Sequence record: NC_004684.1
Origin: Mycobacterium phage Rosebush
Length of the DNA stretch: 32,000 nt
Direction: 5' to 3' (one strand)
Under the pieces are notes generated by a model. That model had not been told where the DNA came from, did no database searches, and saw only the letters and a program-made list of their open reading frames with translations. The number at the start of each line of letters is the position of its first letter. Position 1 is the first letter of the stretch. Made by a program: the position numbers and the translations under genes. This document shows, in pieces, positions 17,538 to 23,894 of this stretch.

Positions 17538-18019
17538 CTCGTTGACCCCTTGGCCAGCAGTTCGCGCAGCATCTCCTGCGGCGACGGCCCGGTGTCGGTC
17601 AGCCAGTCGGCGTACACCTGCGCGGTGCCCAGCACGGTGGTGTCCGACTCGCTGGTACCGGCGTACACCTGCGCGGCGGCCTGCAAGGCCACATCACGCG
17701 GGTAGGTGCCGCCGGAAATGACCGGGTCCACCGGGTCCGGCGTGAAGGCCTCCGGGGACAGGCCGACCGCGCCGCTGGCCAGGAATGCGTCCAGGGTGCC
17801 CAGCACCACCACGTGGCACGGGTAGGTGATCCCGGCGCGCTCCGGTGTCATCGGCTCCCACCCACCGGGGCTGAGCCACACCACCCGGTCACCCTGGTCG
17901 TCGTACTCGACGTTGACGAACGCCACCGCCTTGCTGGTCGGGTCGCCCTGGATGCGGTTCCAGGTGATGAGCGTGCCGTCGGGCAACTGCTCCAGGTCTG
18001 CCTGCGTCAGGACGATCAC
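17531..18019 (-). CDS. Hypothetical protein
   Basis: Tightly packed ORF MIVLTQADLEQLPDGTLITW... Confidence 0.6.
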   Translation of the reverse strand: MIVLTQADLEQLPDGTLITWNRIQGDPTSKAVAFVNVEYDDQGDRVVWLSPGGWEPMTPERAGITYPCHVVVLGTLDAFLASGAVGLSPEAFTPDPVDPVISGGTYPRDVALQAAAQVYAGTSESDTTVLGTAQVYADWLTDTGPSPQEMLRELLAKGSTRW

Positions 18020-18456
18020 CGAGGGCCCCCCGCGAGTGTCAGCACCGGCAACGGGTGGTTGGCCAGGTAGGCGTCGATGGCGGGGAAGAGGTCCGGGCCC
18101 AGGACGGTGTCGTCGGTGCGGCGTGCCTGGATTTCGGACTCCCAGAGCTGGTAATCGTGCTCCAGGCGGTCGGACAGTGCGCCGCTCTTGAGCACGCGCG
18201 GCCCGGACACCCGCATGCGCTGGAGCACCCCGTCGGTGAAGCGCAGGCGCACACGGGTGGGCCGGAACACCTGGTTGGCCGACCGGTAGGGGCGGATGTC
18301 CGGCATGGTGCCGGGTTCGACGGCCAGGAACACCGAGGTGGTGATGGTGGTCGGGTCCCAGACCGGCGCGGCGCTGGGATCGGGTTGCGCCTCCATGCGG
18401 GCGTGCGCTTCCAGGCTGGAGTGCAACCAGCGGAAGCCTTCGGGGTAGGGGGTCAC
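18016..18456 (-). CDS. Hypothetical protein
   Basis: GTG start, SD GAAAGG; MTPYPEGFRWLHSSLEAHARM... Confidence 0.55.
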   Translation of the reverse strand: MTPYPEGFRWLHSSLEAHARMEAQPDPSAAPVWDPTTITTSVFLAVEPGTMPDIRPYRSANQVFRPTRVRLRFTDGVLQRMRVSGPRVLKSGALSDRLEHDYQLWESEIQARRTDDTVLGPDLFPAIDAYLANHPLPVLTLAGGPR

Positions 18457-18493
18457 TGCGGTGCCTTTCTCGTGGGGGTGGTTGTGACGGGGG

Positions 18494-18592
18494 TCAGGCG
18501 AGGTGCGGGGTCACCGTGTCGGCCAGGCACAGCTGAGCACCGCACAGTTCGGATGTGAACACCCTGCGCGGTGAGTGGGGTCGCTGGATCAC
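18494..18592 (-). CDS. Possible 32 aa small ORF
   Basis: GAGGAGG SD then GTG: MIQRPHSPRRVFTSELCGAQLCLADTVTPHLA*. Confidence 0.35.
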   Translation of the reverse strand: MIQRPHSPRRVFTSELCGAQLCLADTVTPHLA

Positions 18593-18614
18593 GTTGTGCC
18601 TCCTCGGCCTTCGT

Positions 18615-18630
18615 GGCGGGTGTGCCCGCC
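18615..18630 (-). promoter_or_regulatory. Leader stem-loop variant (GGCGGG-CACA-CCCGCC)
   Basis: TAC-GGCGGG-CACA-CCCGCC, same arms as other copies. Confidence 0.6.
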
Positions 18631-18642
18631 GTAGGGTTACCA

Positions 18643-18671
18643 GGTTTACCGGGTGCGGTGACCCGGGTCAA
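18643..18671 (-). promoter_or_regulatory. Candidate promoter TTGACC-N17-TAAACC
   Basis: Positioned 12 nt upstream of the leader stem-loop. Confidence 0.4.
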
Positions 18672-18701
18672 GGCGTCGGAGGGAAACGGTCGACACCGCG
18701 C

Positions 18702-18730
18702 ACAATGCCTACACGAGGCGGCGTTGTCGG
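18702..18730 (-). promoter_or_regulatory. Degenerate promoter family copy P9: CCGACA-N17-CATTGT
   Basis: CCGACAACGCCGCCTCGTGTAGGCATTGT. Confidence 0.4.
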
Positions 18731-19011
18731 ATACGTGCGGAATGTTGGCCTTTATCGGCAATGATCAGCAGGCGCAAACCGGCGGCCTGCTCGGGGCCGA
18801 GGTCGGCCAGCAGCTGTTCCAGGGCACCGCGCCGGGACAGCTCCTCAGCCAGCGCCGCCACCCGGCCGGGGGTGCGCGCATCGGCCCCCTTGGCGGCTGA
18901 CATTCCGAGGGCATAGCACAGCGCGGCGGTGGAGATGTTGGCAAGTGCCGGGGGCGGGGTCGAGGCCATGCGGGCAAGTGTAGACCGGCGGTGTTGTGGG
19001 TCGAGCCTCAC
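18709..19011 (-). CDS. Hypothetical protein, possibly near-leaderless GTG start
   Basis: MRLDPQHRRSTLARMASTPPPALANISTAALCYALGM...; consensus promoter immediately upstream. Confidence 0.5.
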   Translation of the reverse strand: MRLDPQHRRSTLARMASTPPPALANISTAALCYALGMSAAKGADARTPGRVAALAEELSRRGALEQLLADLGPEQAAGLRLLIIADKGQHSARIRQRRLV

Positions 19012-19022
19012 GCGCGCGCGCG

Positions 19023-19052
19023 ATTATACGCTAGGACCCCAAGTTTTGTCAA
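19023..19052 (-). promoter_or_regulatory. Full-consensus sigma70-type promoter TTGACA-N18-TATAAT
   Basis: Minus strand TTGACAAAACTTGGGGTCCTAGCGTATAAT. Confidence 0.85.
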
Positions 19053-19082
19053 ATTTTGCATGTCCCTTGACAACGCCGGTAA

Positions 19083-19115
19083 GCTCGTACCGCGCTCACC
19101 GGCGGGGGTACGAGC
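19083..19115. repeat. 9 bp perfect inverted repeat, 15 nt spacer
   Basis: gctcgtacc ... ggtacgagc in the divergent region. Confidence 0.65.
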
Positions 19116-19128
19116 GCCGTGAGGACCG

Positions 19129-19398
19129 GTGTCAGAGAACCTGGTTATCGACAACGATCTATTTCCCAGGTACTATCGCGCGCGCGTGCGCGCGTACGTG
19201 TGCGCGCGCGAGGACGGGGTGTTGTGGGCGACCCCCATGGCCATGGTGTCTCCCTACCGGGGAGCCACCAGCCACCGGGAAGGCCAGACGGTGTCGACCG
19301 TTTTCGCAGGCCAGGAGACAATACCGCCGGTTCGCCGTATTGTCGGTAACCATGGCAACGAAGAAGAGCGCGCGCCAGGAGCCGATGACCCTGGCTGA
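19129..19398 (+). CDS. Possible small protein
   Basis: GTG after GAGG; MSENLVIDNDLFPRYYRARVRAYVCAREDG...; contains the next gene's promoter, so doubtful. Confidence 0.3.
   Translation: MSENLVIDNDLFPRYYRARVRAYVCAREDGVLWATPMAMVSPYRGATSHREGQTVSTVFAGQETIPPVRRIVGNHGNEEERAPGADDPG
19177..19210. other. 34 bp uninterrupted alternating pyrimidine-purine tract (Z-DNA-prone)
   Basis: cgcgcgcgcgtgcgcgcgtacgtgtgcgcgcgcg. Confidence 0.75.
19315..19343 (+). promoter_or_regulatory. Plus-strand promoter family copy: GAGACA-N17-TATTGT, 8 nt from ATG
   Basis: GGAGACAATACCGCCGGTTCGCCGTATTGTC-GGTAACC-ATG. Confidence 0.75.
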
Positions 19399-20086
19399 GT
19401 TCGACCGGGCGGTCAACGAGCACGCTGGCAGCAACCAGGCGTTTGCTGCCACGGTCGTGGCCCTGCACAACGTGCGGCACGAGGCGGCCCTGGTGGCCGA
19501 GCGTCGCAAAGAGTGCTTCGAGCGGCTCAAGTCCTGCTTCGCGCGGGGTGAACGGGTGGCCGCCGACCACAGCGGACGGCTCCTGCGGCAAACGGCACCA
19601 GGGGAGCCGAAGGTGGTGCGCAGTGTGCCCAGCGCGGTGATCAAGAAATGCTCGCCGACGCTGTGGGAACAGGCCAAGGAGCCGGTGCCGTACGTGCAGT
19701 GCAAACCCCCGGCGAAATGGCCGGTTGTGGCGGTGGAGCCGCTGCCGGAAGCACCCCCGGAGAACGCACCGCTGGCGGCGGCGCTGGATGCCTACGAGGC
19801 GTTGGCACCGCGCGCCAAGGCGCTGCGGGAGATGGAAGAGGAGCTGGTGGACCGGCTCAAGAAGATCGGGGCGAACAACGGGTGGGACGGCCTGCCGATC
19901 GAGTTCGCCGACGGCTGGCAGGTGAGCCTGGCGCGCATGCAGTACAGCAGTGACAAGCTGGCCCGGATCGCGCCGGAAACCTTCGCTGCGCTGGCGGTGG
20001 AGACCACCCAGCAGCGTGCGCCGGTGGTCTATGTCGCCAAGCGCGGTGAAGGCCTGGCCGAGGATGAAGAAGACGACGGCGAGTGA
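19352..20086 (+). CDS. Hypothetical protein, candidate leaderless mRNA
   Basis: MATKKSARQEPMTLAEFDRAVNEHAG...; ATG 8 nt after the -10. Confidence 0.7.
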   Translation: MATKKSARQEPMTLAEFDRAVNEHAGSNQAFAATVVALHNVRHEAALVAERRKECFERLKSCFARGERVAADHSGRLLRQTAPGEPKVVRSVPSAVIKKCSPTLWEQAKEPVPYVQCKPPAKWPVVAVEPLPEAPPENAPLAAALDAYEALAPRAKALREMEEELVDRLKKIGANNGWDGLPIEFADGWQVSLARMQYSSDKLARIAPETFAALAVETTQQRAPVVYVAKRGEGLAEDEEDDGE

Positions 20087-20095
20087 CGGTTTACC

Positions 20096-20356
20096 ATGGT
20101 TACCATGAGCGGACAACCACGAACTCGCGCCGCTGGCCGCCGTGGCCCGGTGGCCGGGGGTCCAGGCACCAAGGCGGTGCTGATCAAAGGCGTAACTCCG
20201 GAGTTGCACAAGCGATTTCGGCTGGCGTGCGTGGAGGAGGGCCTGGCGGCGCACCAGCTGCTGGACCTACTTTTGGACCAGCGCGACAGCCGTATCCGGC
20301 GACGTTTGGCGCAGATGCGCTCCCCGTTGCACCGGCCCGCAGAGGACGACGAATGA
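20096..20356 (+). CDS. Ribbon-helix-helix-like small protein
   Basis: TKAVLIKGVTPELHKRFRLACVEEGLAAHQLLDLLLDQR; alternate ATG at 20105. Confidence 0.5.
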   Translation: MVTMSGQPRTRAAGRRGPVAGGPGTKAVLIKGVTPELHKRFRLACVEEGLAAHQLLDLLLDQRDSRIRRRLAQMRSPLHRPAEDDE

Positions 20357-20391
20357 GCCTTCGATGGCGGCGTGACCGGGTGGTCCGGTGA
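20353..20391 (+). CDS. 12-codon mini-ORF coupling two genes
   Basis: ATG overlaps upstream TGA (ATGA) and TGA overlaps downstream GTG (GTGA): MSLRWRRDRVVR*. Confidence 0.3.
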   Translation: MSLRWRRDRVVR

Positions 20392-20729
20392 GCGCGTGCG
20401 AGCACGGGGTGCCGGTGAGCGGGTACTGCGTGCAGTGCGACGTCGACGCCAAGGTGGCCGGGGGCATGGACCTGCCCGATGGCCTGTTACCGCCGGAGCT
20501 GGTGGCCAAGGTGGACCGGGGCGAGGCCGACGCCGACGCCGCGCTCCAGCGGGTCATCGGCGTCTACGGCGAACACATCGCGCGCGGCAAGTCGCGCACC
20601 ACCACGCTGCTGGCCACCACCGTGGGCCTGGAGGCCGCCGTCAAGGCGCAAGGCGTGGAGGTGCTGTGCGGCATGCTGGCGGTGGCGGTGGCACGGTTGT
20701 ACGACGTACGGGAGGCCAAGAAACGATGA
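20388..20729 (+). CDS. Hypothetical protein
   Basis: MSACEHGVPVSGYCVQCDVDAKV... Confidence 0.6.
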   Translation: MSACEHGVPVSGYCVQCDVDAKVAGGMDLPDGLLPPELVAKVDRGEADADAALQRVIGVYGEHIARGKSRTTTLLATTVGLEAAVKAQGVEVLCGMLAVAVARLYDVREAKKR

Positions 20730-21379
20730 GCGTGGCCCTGGCCGACGACGGCGACGACGGCGGCGCTATCGAGCGCCCGGTGGATGAGACGCTGTGGGAG
20801 CGGCGCATGCAGGCGGTCAGCCTGCGCAACGCCGGGATGACCTTCTCCGAGATCGCGCGCATCCAAGGCATCAGCCCGGCCCTGGCGCGCCGGGACGTGG
20901 AGACCGCGCTGCGCGAGTTCATGTCCGGGGAGATCGACCAGCTGATCGCCCGGCACCGCTCGGTGCTGATGGACATGCAGCGCGCCAACTACCGGGCCAT
21001 GCTCTCGGGGTCCAAGGAGGCCGCCACCACGATCCTCAAAGGCCTGGAGCACGAGGCCAAACTGCTCGGCCTGTACGCGCCGACCCGGGTGGTCACCGGC
21101 GTCGGTGAGGTCGAGTTCTCCGAGCGTTTCGTCCAACTGGTCAACGCCATCTCCCCCGACACCCTCAAGGAGCTACTTCGTGGAGCACAACACACCGGCG
21201 AACCCCGACAGCAACCCGTCGACGCCGAAGTCGTCCCTGACCCCGTGGCAGAAACGCCTGGCGGTGCTGGCGCAGAAGCTGGGCCCGGGGGTGAAGCTGG
21301 CGGTGCTGATGCCGCGCCAGCACGGGAACCGGCACCAGACCACGGTGGTGACGACGCCGACGGCTGGTCCAACCTGTGA
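20726..21379 (+). CDS. Small-terminase-like / HTH DNA-binding protein
   Basis: VSLRNAGMTFSEIARIQGISPALARRDVETAL...AANYRAMLSGSKEAATTILKGLEHEAKLLGLYAP-type layout. Confidence 0.5.
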   Translation: MSVALADDGDDGGAIERPVDETLWERRMQAVSLRNAGMTFSEIARIQGISPALARRDVETALREFMSGEIDQLIARHRSVLMDMQRANYRAMLSGSKEAATTILKGLEHEAKLLGLYAPTRVVTGVGEVEFSERFVQLVNAISPDTLKELLRGAQHTGEPRQQPVDAEVVPDPVAETPGGAGAEAGPGGEAGGADAAPAREPAPDHGGDDADGWSNL

Positions 21380-21914
21380 GATGCCGTCGGTGACGGACGT
21401 GGCCATCGACCACGACCACCTGGCGCAGCTGGTGGAGCACCACGAGGTCAGCGCACCCTGGCACCCGCACCTTGGCGAGGAGGCCAAGGCCGCCATCGTG
21501 TCCTCCTGCCTGGAGCGCGCCCGGGACTGGTGCACGGCGCACAGCGTGGAGGCCAACCTGTGCCAGTTCGAGCGCGTCACCGCCGGGGACGAGCGCGCCA
21601 TCGGGGTGCGCTGGTCGGTCACGGTGGGCCACGGCACCAGCGCGGTGGCAGGCACCACCTGGAACGAGGTGGCCGCCCGCATGCACTGGACCTGGAGCGA
21701 CCGCTGGCAGCACTGGCGCGGCTGGTTCGCCTCCATGGCGGCGGTGGCCGACGCGCACGCTCGGGCGCAGGCGGGCCTGGAAGGCGGCGGCGCGATGGTG
21801 CTCAGCCTGCCGGACAAACGCCCCACCTGGGCGGGCGGCACCGTCGGCCCGCACAGCTCGGCCTGTGACGGCGAGCCGCACCCCGGCCAGCCCTGCCCGG
21901 TCGACTGGCCGTAG
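21180..21914 (+). CDS. Hypothetical protein beginning inside the upstream gene
   Basis: SD AAGGAG 21167-21172, GTG 21180; about 91% GC3 in the overlap versus about 55% in the upstream gene's frame. Confidence 0.6.
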   Translation: MEHNTPANPDSNPSTPKSSLTPWQKRLAVLAQKLGPGVKLAVLMPRQHGNRHQTTVVTTPTAGPTCEMPSVTDVAIDHDHLAQLVEHHEVSAPWHPHLGEEAKAAIVSSCLERARDWCTAHSVEANLCQFERVTAGDERAIGVRWSVTVGHGTSAVAGTTWNEVAARMHWTWSDRWQHWRGWFASMAAVADAHARAQAGLEGGGAMVLSLPDKRPTWAGGTVGPHSSACDGEPHPGQPCPVDWP

Positions 21915-21924
21915 GCCACACAGA

Positions 21925-21958
21925 CAAAAGACCCCGCCGGTGAGGGCGGGGTCTTTTG
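21925..21958. terminator. Bidirectional rho-independent terminator
   Basis: caaaagaccccgcc-ggtgag-ggcggggtcttttg, 14 bp stem, A/T tracts both sides. Confidence 0.92.
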
Positions 21959-21997
21959 CGCGGTTACCAGTCGCTATCCAGGCGGCCAGCGTATCAC

Positions 21998-22026
21998 TCG
22001 ACCGGTGTGCACGGCGGCGTTAGGAT
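21998..22026 (+). promoter_or_regulatory. Candidate promoter TCGACC-N17-TAGGAT, 7 nt from ATG 22034
   Basis: Between the terminator and an ATG that has no SD. Confidence 0.4.
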
Positions 22027-22033
22027 CGGGCGC

Positions 22034-22339
22034 ATGTCTCCCGACAAACTGCCGGTCCTGCCCACCGTCGACAAGCGCCGCACGCAGGTGCCTGCGCCGG
22101 ATCCCGAGGCGGTGGCCCGCCTCCAGAGCGCGACCGCCGAGCTGCGCCGGTTGGCCGACATCGCCCGCAACCTACCGACGGTGGTGACCGTGCACGAGCG
22201 GTACGGCCAGCCACCCGGTGACCTCGCGTACACCCCGATTGAGGCCTGGACCCCACAGCAGGTGGCCATCGGCCAGGCATGGCTGCGCAACGAGATGGCC
22301 AAGGACTGGTGGCACGCCCAGGCGGCAGCTGCGCAGTGA
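22034..22339 (+). CDS. Hypothetical protein
   Basis: MSPDKLPVLPTVDKRRTQVPAPDPEAVARLQ... Confidence 0.6.
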   Translation: MSPDKLPVLPTVDKRRTQVPAPDPEAVARLQSATAELRRLADIARNLPTVVTVHERYGQPPGDLAYTPIEAWTPQQVAIGQAWLRNEMAKDWWHAQAAAAQ

Positions 22340-23049
22340 GCGGTCAGGCGGTCTACGACACCGACACCGACTGGGCCAAGACCTGGGAACCCGACCACGG
22401 CCTGGTCCCGGCGGTGCTGGCCGCCGGTACCCGCCCGATTGCCAGCGTCCCGGCACGCCAGGACCGGTGCTGGCTGGTGGCCGGGCTGAAGGTGGCCGGG
22501 CTGACCGCCGATGACATTGCCGACCGCCTGCGGTGCTCGCTGCGGCTGGTGCGCACGCTGCTGGCCGAGGACATGACCAAGGTGTGCCTGGCGTACTTCG
22601 CCGAGGCCGACCATTTCGCCGATGAGCTGCGTCTGGTGCGCCACGAGCTGACCGTGCGCACCGTGCAGCTCGACCGGGAGCGCGCCGAGCATGGCCGGGT
22701 CCGCGAACAACGCGACCGGCTGATCGACATGGCGATCACCGGGGAGCCGGTGCGACTGTGCCGCCACCAGCACCTGCTGGACAAGTACAACACCTACGTC
22801 CATCCGCGCACCGGCAAGGTCAGTTGCCGCACCTGCCGCGCCGAGGCGGTCGAACGGTACCGGTCGAAACTGTCATCACCTGGTGATGACAGCTCACCGG
22901 CGACGCCGGGTCATGGCGCGCCCGGTGGCCCTGCTGGCGTTGCCGCGCCGGTTGCCGCCCCGCACGGCACCGCGCGTGGAGGCCTTGGCCCGGCCGCCGG
23001 AACCCCGCCGGTTGCCTCCGGCCCCGTGCCGGACCCGACTGCCCGCTGA
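22336..23049 (+). CDS. HTH-type protein with C-terminal Cys/His cluster
   Basis: GTGA overlap; LTADDIADRLRCSLRLVRTLLAED; LCRHQHLLDKYNTYVHPRTGKVSCRTCRAEAVERY. Confidence 0.6.
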   Translation: MSGQAVYDTDTDWAKTWEPDHGLVPAVLAAGTRPIASVPARQDRCWLVAGLKVAGLTADDIADRLRCSLRLVRTLLAEDMTKVCLAYFAEADHFADELRLVRHELTVRTVQLDRERAEHGRVREQRDRLIDMAITGEPVRLCRHQHLLDKYNTYVHPRTGKVSCRTCRAEAVERYRSKLSSPGDDSSPATPGHGAPGGPAGVAAPVAAPHGTARGGLGPAAGTPPVASGPVPDPTAR

Positions 23050-23259
23050 GGCCAGCGCGAACTTGCCGCGCCCGCCCTTCTTGCCGCGCCGACTGCGGTC
23101 CAGCGTGCCGTTGGCGGCGGCGTTGGAGATGCGAGCGGCCTTCTCCTTGCTGTAGCCCTTGCGCCGCAGCGCCTCGTACATGCGCGGTGCTTTGATCGAC
23201 GGCCCGTGGCGGCTGGTGCCGCGCTGGGCCTCTATCCGTGGCTTGCTCATGGTGGCCAT
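22894..23259 (-). CDS. Small basic protein with KAPRMYEALRRKGYSKEKAARISNA motif (DUF7218-like)
   Basis: Motif plus Arg/Gly-rich tail; convergent overlap with the + strand gene. Confidence 0.55.
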   Translation of the reverse strand: MATMSKPRIEAQRGTSRHGPSIKAPRMYEALRRKGYSKEKAARISNAAANGTLDRSRRGKKGGRGKFALASAGSRVRHGAGGNRRGSGGRAKASTRGAVRGGNRRGNASRATGRAMTRRRR

Positions 23260-23279
23260 GTTCCCCGTCGACCGTGCGG

Positions 23280-23582
23280 CTAACAGACCTCACGCACGGC
23301 CACAGGCACCTGGCCGCACCGGGCACGCATGATCGCGTTGCCCTGGCGGTGGCTGCACTGCGCACAGTGTGGGGCCAGGTTGTCCCGGCGGTAGGTGCCG
23401 CCTCGGATGTCCGGGATGATGCGGTCGGCGCACAGGTCCACCTCGTCCGGCCCGCACAGCACGCCACAATCCCAGCACGGCACCGTCTCGCCGTCCCCGC
23501 CCCACCCCGCCTCCGGGGACAACAGCCAGGCCTTGCGCCGGGCCCTGTCCGCCGAGCTGCCGCGCTGGTTACCGTTCGGCAT
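23280..23582 (-). CDS. HNH endonuclease
   Basis: CWDCG...ADRIIPDIRGGTYRRDNLAPHCAQCSHRQGNAI. Confidence 0.8.
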   Translation of the reverse strand: MPNGNQRGSSADRARRKAWLLSPEAGWGGDGETVPCWDCGVLCGPDEVDLCADRIIPDIRGGTYRRDNLAPHCAQCSHRQGNAIMRARCGQVPVAVREVC

Positions 23583-23673
23583 CGCCGGACTGCGCCAGTT
23601 CCTGGCGTTTGAGGTCGATGCCGATGGCCGATCCTTGCAGAAAGGCCAGGGCCAGGGTCAGCCAGTAGCTCAT
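23569..23673 (-). CDS. 34 aa small membrane-type protein
   Basis: MSYWLTLALAFLQGSAIGIDLKRQELAQSGDAER*; overlaps stop of upstream gene. Confidence 0.5.
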   Translation of the reverse strand: MSYWLTLALAFLQGSAIGIDLKRQELAQSGDAER

Positions 23674-23894
23674 TGCTCCTCCAGTTCGATGCCGTGGTAG
23701 CGCCGCAGGTCGCGGCGCACGTGGCGGGACTGCATGTTGTCGGCGCTGGTGCCTGCGAAGGTGAGCAGGTAGCGCTCGCCGTCGTAGACCTTCCAGTGAC
23801 CGTTTCCGCCGAGCGTGACCCGCAGACCCGCACGCTCCAACTGCCGTTTGAGCTTGCGGGTCTGCTTGTCGGCAGGCCGTTGCCCCTTGCTCAC
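23670..23894 (-). CDS. HicA-like toxin/dsRBD-fold protein
   Basis: RKLKRQLERAGLRVTLGGNGHWKVYDGERYLLTFAGTSADNMQSRHVRRDLRRYHGIE. Confidence 0.55.
   Translation of the reverse strand: MSKGQRPADKQTRKLKRQLERAGLRVTLGGNGHWKVYDGERYLLTFAGTSADNMQSRHVRRDLRRYHGIELEEQ

Noticed and set aside
18453-18761. 102 aa ORF on the - strand
   Set aside because: It reads through two candidate promoters and the leader hairpin; GC3 pattern unconvincing. The 32 aa ORF with a good SD is preferred.
21105-21380. TPWQKRLAVLAQKLGPGVKLAVLMPRQHGN as the N-terminus of a large terminase
   Set aside because: Weak resemblance to the TPWQ...LVARQNGK region, but the rest of the 21180-21914 product lacks ATPase and nuclease motifs, so it was left as hypothetical.
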